Below the pieces are notes generated by a model. The model had not been told where the DNA came from and ran no database searches. It saw only the letters and a list, made by a program, of their open reading frames with translations. Made by a program: the position numbers and the translations under genes. This document shows, one piece after another, positions 10,414-20,940 of a stretch of DNA of 64,000 bases (positions within the stretch are counted from its first letter, which is position 1; the number at the start of each line of letters is the position of its first letter). The DNA is from an uncultured delta proteobacterium (GTDB lineage Bacteria > Desulfobacterota > BSN033 > UBA1163): the NCBI GenBank assembly GCA_963708295.1, contig CAVPSJ010000015.1, forward strand, positions 160,001 through 224,000. The letters are read 5' to 3'.

Positions 10414-10497
10414 GTTATCCCTCTACAGTCAGGTTTAGGTTTAGGTCGATGTTCAGATTTTTAATTTCTCAACCTTAAACTTAACCTTAACCTCAAC

Positions 10498-12842
10498 TTA
10501 CGCTTTATACACCTTCACCCGTGTGTTAAAGAAAGCGGCCTGCCCGCTCAGGGTGTCGTAGTCCACCCCGAGAATGTCATTGGGATTGACCCCGATCCCT
10601 TTTTGCCACTTCCCATAGGAGCTATGTCCCTGCCCCGAGGGAATCGCAACCACCTCCGGATGAACCCCTTCCGAGAGTTTGACTTTCGCCTTGATTTTCT
10701 GAAACGGCGACTCCACCCATACCCACTGGCCATCCCGAAGTTTCAGGGAGGCTGCGGTCTCGCTGTTGATCTTGACCAGGGTCTCCCAGCCCACCCCATC
10801 CATGGGCAAGAAGATCTCCTGCGCCCAGGGATAGTTCTGACTCCCATTCTCCACGACCATCAAGGGTTGGTAGGGGAGAAGGACCAGAGGGTATTTGTCT
10901 TTTTCCCCTAAGAATTTCGGCTCCCCGGAGTGAGGCAGATAGTCCAACTCCCCCTCTTTGCCCATCTTTGTCCGGGCAAGCAGTTGCTTCAGGTTTCCCG
11001 AGGAGAATTCAAATTTCCTCGAAGGCGTCTGAAAGATCCGAGGATATTTATGGTATTCGTAGTCTTTTCCTACCCAGACTCCCCTCTCAAGAAATTCTTT
11101 CCAGGGAATCAGCGCCTCCGTCCGAAACTTAACGAATCCTTCCGCAGTATCCCCCATGCTGGTAAAGGATTGGGCCACTACTTCCGTTCAGTTCTCTTTG
11201 CTACCTGAAAGAGGATGTCCACGACAGACCTTGCGCTGCCATGAGGCTTAACCACGGGCTGTTTTATCTTCACCTCTGCAAAACCCGACCCTGAAGGCGA
11301 GTGATCGTAACCCCATTCTTCCAGGTAGGTCGTGCAAGGCAAGATCAGGTCAGCATAGAGCGCCATCTCGCTGACAAAGGGAGAGATATGAACATAGTAA
11401 GGAAGTTTTTTTAACGCCTTGTCCCACCGGTCCGTCCCGGGGGCTGACAGATTGAAGTTGCTGTTGAACCCGATGGCCATCTCAATAGGATAGGGAGTAT
11501 TTTGTAGGATGGATTCCGGAATCTGATTGGTCACAACTTTTGCCCCAGGGAATTTGTCCGTCCCCCGAAGATCGATGATAGGCTTGGCCTTGCCTTTTTT
11601 CGCGATCTCATCTTCTGTGAGTCGCGGCAGGTCATTGTAGTTGACATTTTCCTGATAAAGGACCCCTCCCGGAACATCGATGCTCCCCACCAAAGCGTTC
11701 AAACAGTATATCGCGTAGCTCGCAAAAGACCCTTCAGGCCGGTTGATCGATTCCTGGCCCCGGATGGCAAGGGCCGGCCGCGTCCGGGCAAATTCTCTCG
11801 CAATCCGGCGGATGCTCTCAGCTGAGATCCCCGTGACCTTCGACACATCCTCCGGGCTGTATTGACCCAGCGCCAGTTTCTTATAGGCTTCAAACCCCAC
11901 GGTCCAGTCTCTCACGAAGGTTTTGTCAATAAGCTCTTCGCTCAGGATCACATGAGCCATCCCCATCGCCAATGCCCCGTCCGTACCCGGGTTGATGGGC
12001 AGCCACTCATCCCCTCTGGCTGCCGTCAGGGAGTACCTCGGATTGATGACGACGATCTTCGTGCGATTGGGCTTTTCCCGCCTGATTTTTCCCCATTTCC
12101 TCAAGAATCGAGACAAGGGCCTGGACGACTCCAGAAGGTCAGCCCCAAAGGCCAAGATGTAGTTGGTCTGATCCAGATCATAGGCCGTAGCGCTGTAGTG
12201 ACCATCCGCCATCCAGTTGCCCGATTTCTCCGCCTCACCCTCGAGCCCTTCCCCCGAGATCAAATTGGGCGTCCCGAATGCTTCCCCAAACCGAATCATC
12301 ATGTCCTGGCTGCTGATGCTGTTGAGCCCGTAAAAGAGAAGAAGTTTGTTCGGCTCCCCCCCCTCTCGAAGTTTCTTTAACCGACCCGTGATCTCACCCA
12401 AGGCCTCCTCCCAGCTCATGGATACCCACTTCGGATCAACCCCCTTTCCTTTCTCCGGGTTGGTCCTTTTTAAGGGTGTCCCGATCCGCCCCGGATCGTA
12501 AAGCACCTGAAGCCCAATGTGCCCCCGAGGACAGATCTTCCCGTCAGAGACTTTGGAAAGCCGATTCCCGCTGATCCGGACCGCCTTCCCATTGACCACC
12601 CTGACCCGGATCCCGCAACGGGCCTGGCAGTTTAAACAAGAAGAAACAACCCATTTTTCTTTGACAACACCCGGGCTCTTTGAGACCAGGGGCTCGGCGG
12701 AATGGGTCTCCAATGGACCCAGGACCTTCCCCGCTCCCACGGCTGCACCGCCCAAAGCCGATATCTTCAGAAATGTCCTTCTATCGATGGTCAACTTCTC
12801 CTGCTCCTTCTGTCCCGCTCCCAACCGACCGCTCTTTTTCAT
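10498..12842 (-). CDS. Tat-exported molybdopterin oxidoreductase family protein (ArrA/PsrA-like); frameshift near 11180
   Basis: RRTFLK Tat motif, CLNCQARC...C Fe-S motif, PLKRTNPEKGKGVDPKW..SWEEAL, PGTDGALA, ADLILP, C-terminal dinucleotide-binding domain in ORF 10498..11178. Confidence 0.85.
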
Positions 12843-12952
12843 CGCCTCTACCCCGATTTGTTCCAAAAACCAACTCGCATCCCACTCAAAAAAGGTTTGC
12901 GCTTTATTTCACTAATCCGAAAAGCCTATGACAAATTTTACAACAAGTTTCT

Positions 12953-13381
12953 TTATTTTTCCATTTTCTTAACGCGATTGATTTCAGACTTTACAAATTC
13001 GACGAGGCTGTTTCCGTTTAACAGGTTCTTAAGCTCTTCCTGAAGATTGGAAGGGGCAATTTTGCATATCCATCCCTTTTCATACGGGCTTTCATTGATC
13101 AGTTCAGGGGTATCTTCAAGTGCCTCATTCGTGGTTTCCACCTTTCCAGAGATGGGGGCGTAAATTCTTCCCACCCACTTTCCTGATTCCATAGAGCCAC
13201 AGGGTTTGCCTTGTTCAAGCACCTTTCCTTGAGAGGGTAGTTCAACATAAACGATTTGGCCGGCCAGCTTTTGAGCAAAATCACTTGTGCCCATGATCAC
13301 TGTATTATCAACAACTTTCGCCCAAAAATGCTCTTTGTGGTAATACAAATCGTCCGGAAAAACATACCCTTCAATTTCCAT
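12953..13381 (-). CDS. GcvH-like lipoyl-carrier protein (LbpA-like)
   Basis: PDDLYY..EHFW, DFAQKLAG, SMESGKWVG (lipoyl Lys), PELINESPYEKGW. Confidence 0.88.
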   Translation of the reverse strand: MEIEGYVFPDDLYYHKEHFWAKVVDNTVIMGTSDFAQKLAGQIVYVELPSQGKVLEQGKPCGSMESGKWVGRIYAPISGKVETTNEALEDTPELINESPYEKGWICKIAPSNLQEELKNLLNGNSLVEFVKSEINRVKKMEK

Positions 13382-13577
13382 TGCAAAACCCCCTTTTGAT
13401 TTTTATCGCTATATACACCAAATAGAAAATAATGACAAGTTTATTTTTTAGACTTTTTCTTGACAAAATTCTGGCAGAATGATAATGGAAAGGAAAAAAA
13501 TCACAAGCGCTGAAAATAGAATAAGCATGTAATCCCCCATCGATGGCCATGGTTGGGATTAGGAAAGGAGTGATTTT

Positions 13578-15155
13578 ATGACGATTAGTAAATGGATGAC
13601 TGCTGGGACAGTTCTTAAAATGATGGCGATGCAATATCCTGACAAGCCGGGGGCGGGAGATAAATTTCGTCACATGACCTTCAAGGAGTGGAACGACAGG
13701 AGCTGCCGGCTGTCCAATGCTCTGACGAAGATGGGGGTGAAGAAAGGAGATCGCTTTGCGATCCTGGCCTACAATTGCGTCGAGTGGATGGAAATTTACG
13801 CGGCGGCAGCCAAAGGAGGACAGATCACCGTCCCCATTATGTTCCGGCTGGCGCCTCCCGAGATGGAATATGTGATCAATCATTCCGAGTGCAAGGCCTT
13901 TTTTGTCGCAAAGGATTTTGTTCCGGTGGTCAATTCGATTCGTAGTAATCTTTCCACTGTCCCGAAGGCAAATTTCGTATTTTGGGGAGACGAAAAAGCA
14001 CCGGAAGGCTATGAACACTATGAATCGATCATTGCCAAGGCTTCCCCTGCGGAACCGGACGTGGTGGTCGATTCGGCTGATCCCTGGAACCTTATGTACA
14101 CCTCGGGAACGACCGGCAAGCCCAAGGGGGTCGTTCGAACTCACGACGGCAACCTCGGCCAGTACCTGTTGAGCGATCTCTGTATGGGAATTCGACCGAA
14201 CGATTGCGTGATGCTCGTCATGCCCATGTGCCATATCAACTCGATCTTTTATTCCTTTGCTTATACCTATGCAAGCGGAAGAGTCTTTGTCTACAATATG
14301 GTCAGCTTTGACCCGCTCGACCTTCTGAAGACGATTGAAAAGGAGAAGATTACGTTTACGTCGCTCGTCCCCACGCATTACATCATGATGCTGGCCCTCC
14401 CTGACGAGATCAAAAGAAAAATCGATGTGAGTTCGATACGACAGCTCTTGATCTCTTCGGCGCCCGCCCGGAAAGACACCAAAGCGGCCATCATGGAATA
14501 TTTTAAGAATGCGGAACTCTGGGAGGCCTATGGCTCCACCGAGGCAGGTCTCGTGACGCTTCTCAGGCCGGAAGAACAATTCAAAAAGTTAGGTTCCATC
14601 GGAAGGGAGATCTGGGGGTCCGATCGGATAAGAATCCTGGATGAAGAGGGTAAGGAGGTTCCGGACGGGCAGGTAGGAGAACTGTATTCACGCACAGCGG
14701 GCATTTTCAAAGAATATTGGAAAGATCCCGAAAAGACAAAGTCGGTCTTCCAGGGGGAATGGTTCTCCGCGGGCGACATGGCCTTACGGGACCCGGATGG
14801 ATATTATGTGCTGGTGGACAGAAAGGCAAATATGATCATCACGGGAGGTGAAAATGTCTTCCCCTCAGAGATTGAAAATATGTTGGGATCTCATCCTGCC
14901 GTTAAATATGTGGCAGTGATTGGAATTCCCCACGAGAAATGGGGAGAATCAGTGAAGGCCGTTGTCACTCTCCATGCAGGAAAAACGGTAACCGAAAAGG
15001 AACTGATCGAGCATTGCAGAGGGAAGATCGCGGGATATAAGATTCCCAAATCGGTCGATTTCATCAAGGACGAAGAGATGCCCATGACCCCGACGGGCAA
15101 AATCCTTCATCGGATCTTGAGGGAGAAATACGGAAAATGGAGTGACGTGAAATAA
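13578..15155 (+). CDS. acyl-CoA synthetase / AMP-binding enzyme
   Basis: YTSGTTGKPKG, YGSTE, GD..DG...VDRK, TPTGKI. Confidence 0.92.
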   Translation: MTISKWMTAGTVLKMMAMQYPDKPGAGDKFRHMTFKEWNDRSCRLSNALTKMGVKKGDRFAILAYNCVEWMEIYAAAAKGGQITVPIMFRLAPPEMEYVINHSECKAFFVAKDFVPVVNSIRSNLSTVPKANFVFWGDEKAPEGYEHYESIIAKASPAEPDVVVDSADPWNLMYTSGTTGKPKGVVRTHDGNLGQYLLSDLCMGIRPNDCVMLVMPMCHINSIFYSFAYTYASGRVFVYNMVSFDPLDLLKTIEKEKITFTSLVPTHYIMMLALPDEIKRKIDVSSIRQLLISSAPARKDTKAAIMEYFKNAELWEAYGSTEAGLVTLLRPEEQFKKLGSIGREIWGSDRIRILDEEGKEVPDGQVGELYSRTAGIFKEYWKDPEKTKSVFQGEWFSAGDMALRDPDGYYVLVDRKANMIITGGENVFPSEIENMLGSHPAVKYVAVIGIPHEKWGESVKAVVTLHAGKTVTEKELIEHCRGKIAGYKIPKSVDFIKDEEMPMTPTGKILHRILREKYGKWSDVK

Positions 15156-15182
15156 TCCTCTACACTCGTGGATCATCCGACG

Positions 15183-15214
15183 AAGGCCCGGGGGAGTCCT
15201 CCCTGGGCCTTTTT
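15183..15214 (+). terminator. intrinsic terminator
   Basis: AAGGCCCGGGGGAG...CTCCCTGGGCCTTTTT. Confidence 0.8.
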
Positions 15215-15327
15215 CTTAAATTTTTTCTTGCAAAATGATAAGGCATAGGATATGTTATGTTATTACCAAGGGTTCAAGCCACCCTTGGTTTCATTTTGTT
15301 AAGCTGGAAGAATAGGAGCGCTTTTCG

Positions 15328-16923
15328 ATGCTAAAGACTCTTAGGTGGAAATTTACTCTCTATGCAGCCATCACGGTTTTCGCCATTCTTCTTCTCTTGC
15401 CGACGCTCACCTCTCACTTGCCCCCATGGCTTATGAAGATCATTCCCGCGGACAAGATCCACCAGGGGCTCGACCTCCAGGGGGGGATGCATCTCCTTCT
15501 GACGGTCGAGGGAGAGAAAGCCGTAGAGAGCTATGTGGAGCAGATCAAGAATAATCTGAGGGATGAGCTCAAGGAACGAGGAATTCCAGTCGGAAAATTG
15601 GAGACGGAGAAGCCGGACCGAATCGTTCTGGAATTTTCCGGGGCCAAAGAAAAGGTCGATAATCTTCTGACCCAGCGGTTTACGATGCTGCGTGAACTCT
15701 CCCCTTCATCCGAAGGGGGGATATGGAAGGTCCAGTTGGTCCTCGACAGCAGAGAAACGGATTATGTGAAGAAGAAAGCCATTGATCAGGCCCTGGAGAT
15801 CATCCGGAATCGAATCGACCAGTTCGGCGTTTCAGAACCCGAGATCACCCTCCAAGGAATGGATCGGATTCTGGTCCAGCTTCCTGGGATTAAGGATCCC
15901 CAGAGGGCCATTGATCTGATTAAGAAGACAGCCTTCCTGGAATTCAAGCTGGTGGATGAAGAGGGAAATATCGACGAGGCGTTGAAAGGGAATATTCCAC
16001 CTGGAGATGTCATCCTATACCAGAGATCCGTGGACCCCCAGACAGGGGCCGTGCGAAAGATTCCTTTTTTGTTAAGAGAGAAAACCCTGATGACCGGCGA
16101 ATTTATAAAGGATGCCCGGGTCTCCCTCGATTCCCAGTTTCACGAGCCCTATGTCTCGATGGAGTTCACGGATGTCGGGGCAAAGCTTTTTGAGCAAATC
16201 ACCGGTGCGAACGTGAAGAAAAGGCTGGCCATCATCCTTGACAAGAATGTCTACTCGGCACCCGAAATCCGGGAAAGAATCGCCGGCGGAAGGGCCCAGA
16301 TCACCGGCCGTTTTACGACGGATGAGGCCAACGATCTGGCCCTCGTTCTCAGATCAGGGTCGCTTCCCGCGCCCGTTCAAATCCTCGAGCAGCGGACCGT
16401 GGGACCCTCTCTCGGGGAGGATTCCATCCGGAAAGGGATGATTTCGATCATCATCAGCGCCATCATCGTCGTTCTGTTCATGGTTTTTTATTACAAGGCT
16501 TCAGGGATTGTTGCCGATGTGGCCCTCATCCTGAACATTATTCTGACGTTAGCTACCCTCGCTATTTTCAGGGCGACCCTCACTCTCCCGGGCATCGCGG
16601 GTCTTGTCCTGTCGATCGGAATGGCTGTTGATGCCAACATTCTGGTCCATGAGCGTATCAAGGAAGAGTTGAGGTGGGGGAAGACGGTCCGGGCTGCCAT
16701 CGATCAAGGCTATCATCGCGCCTTCGTCACGATCATCGATTCGAACGTAACCACTCTGATCGCCGGAATATTTCTGTATCAGTTTGGGACAGGTCCGGTG
16801 AAAGGTTTTGCGGTGACGCTCTGCATCGGAATTTTGGCAAATATCTTCACGGCGGTTTACATTACAAGGCTGATATTCGACTTTATCACCCTCCGGCCGG
16901 GAGTGAAGCGACTCAGTATTTAA
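15328..16923 (+). CDS. secD: protein translocase subunit SecD
   Basis: GLDLQGG, RIDQFGVSEP, VGPSLG, MAVDAN, GTGPVKGFAVTL. Confidence 0.97.
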   Translation: MLKTLRWKFTLYAAITVFAILLLLPTLTSHLPPWLMKIIPADKIHQGLDLQGGMHLLLTVEGEKAVESYVEQIKNNLRDELKERGIPVGKLETEKPDRIVLEFSGAKEKVDNLLTQRFTMLRELSPSSEGGIWKVQLVLDSRETDYVKKKAIDQALEIIRNRIDQFGVSEPEITLQGMDRILVQLPGIKDPQRAIDLIKKTAFLEFKLVDEEGNIDEALKGNIPPGDVILYQRSVDPQTGAVRKIPFLLREKTLMTGEFIKDARVSLDSQFHEPYVSMEFTDVGAKLFEQITGANVKKRLAIILDKNVYSAPEIRERIAGGRAQITGRFTTDEANDLALVLRSGSLPAPVQILEQRTVGPSLGEDSIRKGMISIIISAIIVVLFMVFYYKASGIVADVALILNIILTLATLAIFRATLTLPGIAGLVLSIGMAVDANILVHERIKEELRWGKTVRAAIDQGYHRAFVTIIDSNVTTLIAGIFLYQFGTGPVKGFAVTLCIGILANIFTAVYITRLIFDFITLRPGVKRLSI

Positions 16924-16977
16924 TCATCTCTTCTCCGCTTCCCAACGAGGGTGGGGGAGATTCAGGGCAAGGACTCT

Positions 16978-17895
16978 ATGGAACTGATTCGACCGGGTAC
17001 CCATATCGATTTTATCGGAAAGAAAAAATACACACTCTGGATTTCGGCGATCGCCCTCCTGATCTGTTTGGGCTCGGTCTTTTTGTTCGGAGGGCTGAAG
17101 TACGGAGTTGATTTTGCCGGAGGGATTCTGATCCAGGTCAAGTTTTCAAAACCGGTGAATATCTCCGAAGTCCGAAATGCCATGGATGCGATGGGTTCGA
17201 AAGAGGCTATGGTCCAGGCCTTCGGAGGGGAGAATGAATATCTGATCCGGGTTGAAAAGGCCTCCGAGGATCTGGAAGCCCTGTCGAAGAAGATTCAGGC
17301 TTCCCTTCAGGAGCAATTCAAAGACAAGTCTGCGGAGATTCGGAGAGTAGAGGTGGTCGGGCCCAAAGTTGGGAGCGATTTGAAGGAAAAGGCCTTGTGG
17401 GCCGTGGGACTCTCTTTCATAGCCATATTGATCTATGTGGGATGGAGGTTCAAACAGGTTTCCTACGGCCTGGGCGGAATCGTCGCCTTGGTTCATGATG
17501 TCATCATCACCTACGGCGCCATCTCCATCGCCGGGATCGAATATTCGTTGAACGTCATGGCAGTCATTCTGACGATCATCGGTTTCTCGATCAACGACAC
17601 CATCGTCATTTTTGACCGGGTCCGGGAGGATGTCAAGAAATATAGGAAAGAAGATCTTGGAACGATTTTTAACACCGCCATCAACGAGACCCTCGGCAGG
17701 ACCGTCCTGACATCAGGAACGGTGATGATGGTCGATCTGATCCTGTTTTTCTTCGGCGGGCCGGTCATCCATGATTTCGCCTTTGCTCTCATCGTGGGGC
17801 TCATCACAGGAACCTATTCGACCGTTTATATCGCCAGCCCCGTCGTCCTTTATTGGGAGAAGTTTATCTCAAAAGGGAAGGGAAGAAATCGATAG
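16978..17895 (+). CDS. secF: protein translocase subunit SecF
   Basis: GVDFAGG, VGPKVG, HDV, GFSINDTIVIFDRVRE. Confidence 0.97.
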   Translation: MELIRPGTHIDFIGKKKYTLWISAIALLICLGSVFLFGGLKYGVDFAGGILIQVKFSKPVNISEVRNAMDAMGSKEAMVQAFGGENEYLIRVEKASEDLEALSKKIQASLQEQFKDKSAEIRRVEVVGPKVGSDLKEKALWAVGLSFIAILIYVGWRFKQVSYGLGGIVALVHDVIITYGAISIAGIEYSLNVMAVILTIIGFSINDTIVIFDRVREDVKKYRKEDLGTIFNTAINETLGRTVLTSGTVMMVDLILFFFGGPVIHDFAFALIVGLITGTYSTVYIASPVVLYWEKFISKGKGRNR

Positions 17896-17923
17896 GCGGG
17901 CCGACGGAGCAGCCTCTCTCCTA

Positions 17924-17953
17924 TTGACACCGGTCGGGGGACTGTCTTAAATT
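17924..17953 (+). promoter_or_regulatory. sigma70-like promoter for rplM-rpsI
   Basis: TTGACA-N17/18-TTAAAT/TAAATT just upstream of rplM. Confidence 0.55.
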
Positions 17954-17973
17954 AAATAGCTTAAAGGTGACCC

Positions 17974-18402
17974 ATGAAAACGTATCAAGCGACAAAAGAA
18001 GAATTGGACCCTAAATGGTATGTAGTCAATGCCGAAGGTAAAGTCTTGGGAAGACTGTCTACCGAGTTGGCAAAGATACTGAAAGGGAAGAATAAACCCA
18101 TCTATACCCCTCATGTGGACACAGGGGATTTTGTGGTCGTGGTCAATGCAGAGAAGGTGACTTTAACCGGAAAGAAGCTGACGGACAAGATCTATTATCA
18201 CCATACGGGTTATCCGGGGGGGATTAAGCAAACGAGTGCTGAAAAGCTTTTGGCTAAGAAACCCACCGAGATCATCCGGATCGCGGTGAAGGGGATGCTT
18301 CCTAAGAACAGTTTGGGTCGTCAGATGCTTCGAAAACTGAAGATCTACGCAGGCCCGAATCATCCCCACGAGGCACAGAAACCGGCCCCCCTTGAATTGT
18401 AG
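17974..18402 (+). CDS. rplM: 50S ribosomal protein L13
   Basis: [32 protein letters not shown]. Confidence 0.98.
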   Translation: MKTYQATKEELDPKWYVVNAEGKVLGRLSTELAKILKGKNKPIYTPHVDTGDFVVVVNAEKVTLTGKKLTDKIYYHHTGYPGGIKQTSAEKLLAKKPTEIIRIAVKGMLPKNSLGRQMLRKLKIYAGPNHPHEAQKPAPLEL

Positions 18403-18461
18403 AAACACAAAGAGATCCCCCCTCCCGACACGAGGAGTGGGGGTATCATGAGGAGAAGAAA

Positions 18462-18851
18462 GTGGCAGAACCCATTTATGCAACAGGCAAGAGAAAGACC
18501 TCCATCGCCAGGGTTTGGCTTGAACCCGGGGAGGGAAAGTTTGTCGTCAACGAGAGGGCGTTGAAAGAATACTTTGGGAGAGAGACCTGTGAAATGATCA
18601 CCCTTCAAGCCTTAGAACTCACCGGAACCCGAAACCAATTCGATATAAAGGTGAACGTTCAGGGAGGAGGCATCTGCGGGCAATCCGTTGCCATCCGCCA
18701 CGGGATCTCAAAGGCCCTGCTCCAGTACAATGCCGATTTCAAAGATGTTTTGAAAAAGGCTGGATTTCTCACACGTGATTCAAGGGTCAAGGAACGGAAG
18801 AAGTACGGGAGGAGGGGAGCCAGGCGGAGACCCCAGTTCTCTAAGAGGTAA
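18462..18851 (+). CDS. rpsI: 30S ribosomal protein S9
   Basis: [30 protein letters not shown]. Confidence 0.98.
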   Translation: MAEPIYATGKRKTSIARVWLEPGEGKFVVNERALKEYFGRETCEMITLQALELTGTRNQFDIKVNVQGGGICGQSVAIRHGISKALLQYNADFKDVLKKAGFLTRDSRVKERKKYGRRGARRRPQFSKR

Positions 18852-18934
18852 ATCCATGGCCCTATCGATTCGGCTTAAAATGGGAGGTCGTGGGACCTCC
18901 CATTTTTTTATTTGGGGTATTGGTTTTTTTGGGT

Positions 18935-19312
18935 CACCCCACCCCCACCCCATGTACCACGTGGGATGCATGGCTGGCCCTGAACCTTACATGGTTCAGG
19001 GCTTCCCCTCCCCCTGAGAGACTGTGTCACAATGGAACATCCTCCGGGGAGAGGCAGTCGGGTTCCAAAGCTTTAGAACGCGGGTCTTTTAGGAATGGGG
19101 AACCGTCGTTGGCTAAAAATCGAATGTGTTCATAGGGTTGGTGACCCTGAATCCAAACGGTTATAAAGGTTGCCGCTCTAAATCTTCTCCACCCGACCGC
19201 CTCTCCCCTTTTTTGAAAAGCATGTTTTCATATTGCGACACAGCCTCTGAAGGGGAGGGAAATTGTTATGTTCCTCCCCCTTCAAGGGGGAGGTTGGGAA
19301 GGGGATGGGCCT
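18935..19312 (+). repeat. REP-like element copy D, interrupted by a MITE
   Basis: shares CCACGTGGGATGCATGGCTGG.CCTGAACCTTAC segment and hairpins with copy A. Confidence 0.75.
19018..19247 (-). mobile_element. MITE (IS5-like ends), copy 2, with TGA target duplication
   Basis: GAGACTGTGTCACAA ... TTGCGACACAGCCTC flanked by TGA at 19015-19017 and 19248-19250. Confidence 0.88.
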
Positions 19313-19364
19313 CATTAGTAACCGAGCAAACTCAATCAACTCAATAAACCCAAGGGAGTGACCT

Positions 19365-20405
19365 ATGAAGACAAAAGTAGGGATCATCGGGGCAACGGGA
19401 TACACGGGGGCGGAACTCCTCCGCCTTCTCCTTCGTCACCCTCAGGTGGAGGTGACCGCGCTTACCTCTCAAAAATATGCCGGAATTCCGATTGACCAGG
19501 TCTTTCCCACTCTGATGAAACATCTCCAGTTGAAGTGCGAAGAGCTAAACGTCGAGACGATTTCAGAAAAGGCGGATTTTATTTTCACGGCAGTCCCCCA
19601 TAAGACCGCCATGGAGGTCGTTCCCCTCTTCCACCGGCAGGAGAAAAGAATCGTTGATCTGAGTGCAGACTTTCGGTTTAAGAATGCGGCTCTGTATGAA
19701 AAGTGGTATCAGAAGCATACGAGCGCGGACTTACTCCCGGAATCGGTTTATGGTTTGCCGGAGCTCCATCGAGAGAAAATTCGGAAGGCAAAGATCGTCG
19801 GAAACCCGGGGTGCTATCCCACGGGAGCTTTGATCGGGCTCATCCCGCTGGTGAAAAAGGGGATGATCTCGCTGGAGAACATCGTGATTGATTCCAAATC
19901 CGGCGTGAGCGGCGCAGGCCGGGATGTGGTCCTGGAGTCCCTTTTCTGCGAAGTGAATGAAGGCGTGAAGGCTTACAAGATCTTCGCTCACCGGCACACC
20001 CCGGAGATCGATCAGGAGCTGAGCCAGCTGGCCCAAAAAGAGATCAGCGTCACCTTCGTCCCCCACCTCATCCCGGTGGACCGGGGAATCTTGTCCACGC
20101 TCTATGTCCGTCTGACAAAAAAGATGAAGACAGAAGAGCTGCTCAACGTCTATCAGGAGGCTTACCGGGAGGAGCCTTTCATTCGAGTTCACCCCAAAGG
20201 GAAACTCCCGAGCACAAAGAATGTCAGGGGTTCCAATTTGTGCGATATCGGTATGACGGTGAACGATTCAGACGGTCGGGCCGTGATCGTGACGGCGATT
20301 GACAATTTGGTGAAGGGGGCCTCGGGGGAAGCCGTCCAAAACATGAACATTATGCTGGGGTATCCCGAGACCATGGGTCTCGATGTCATGCCTCTGTTTC
20401 CGTAG
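19365..20405 (+). CDS. argC: N-acetyl-gamma-glutamyl-phosphate reductase
   Basis: GATGYTG, DLSADFR, NPGCYPT, SGVSGAG, IDNLVKGASG. Confidence 0.97.
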   Translation: MKTKVGIIGATGYTGAELLRLLLRHPQVEVTALTSQKYAGIPIDQVFPTLMKHLQLKCEELNVETISEKADFIFTAVPHKTAMEVVPLFHRQEKRIVDLSADFRFKNAALYEKWYQKHTSADLLPESVYGLPELHREKIRKAKIVGNPGCYPTGALIGLIPLVKKGMISLENIVIDSKSGVSGAGRDVVLESLFCEVNEGVKAYKIFAHRHTPEIDQELSQLAQKEISVTFVPHLIPVDRGILSTLYVRLTKKMKTEELLNVYQEAYREEPFIRVHPKGKLPSTKNVRGSNLCDIGMTVNDSDGRAVIVTAIDNLVKGASGEAVQNMNIMLGYPETMGLDVMPLFP

Positions 20406-20654
20406 AAAGCTCACCCCTCAAAACCATGGGGCCGCTACGCGGAAGCTCAAAGCTAGACAATTAATGTTGAATTATGAGTTGTGAGGTTTGAGTCAATTCA
20501 AAATTCAAAACTTAAAACTTAAAACTTCTTTCTGACCTTCTCATCTGTTTCACCGCGAGCTGCTATTCCGCACCCCGCATTCCGCAATTTCGCAATTCCA
20601 TTTTACAACCCCGCCGGATTCTGTTAAATTATTTTCGAAATGATGACACCCTTG

Positions 20655-20940
20655 TCCAAAATAAGATTCTCAACGCAGAGGCGCAAAGGACGCAGAGAAA
20701 TTGATTTTTTCTTTGGCGGTGAGAGGCCGCCAAAGAAAAGGCCTCTGTTACTCAGGCATAGGGTTCTCAATAGCTTGCATAACCTTGATAGAGTCCCGGT
20801 TTTATGGTCGAAAGGGAACAGTTTCTGATCCAATCGCCGTCTCCTCTCCGAGCCATAGGCTCTCTGAGCCGGTGGCCGATTGGATCAGAAGAAAAATCTT
20901 CCTCAGCGATCTCTGCGGCTCTGCGGTAAACTTGATTTTG
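20655..20940 (+). repeat. structured MITE-like element, copy 1
   Basis: CGCAGAG...CTCTGCG terminal inverted arms, internal hairpins TTTGGCGG..CCGCCAAA and GATCCAATCG..CGATTGGATC; related inverted copy at 27512-27732. Confidence 0.65.

Noticed and set aside
10498-12842. Calling the molybdo-protein ArrA or ArxA
   Set aside because: The diagnostic GRY/GRGWG motif and the Cys ligand are absent.
13371-14579. 402-aa minus-strand ORF and similar long antisense ORFs (e.g. 4691-5611, 2820-3590)
   Set aside because: They overlap well-supported genes on the opposite strand and show no recognisable motifs.
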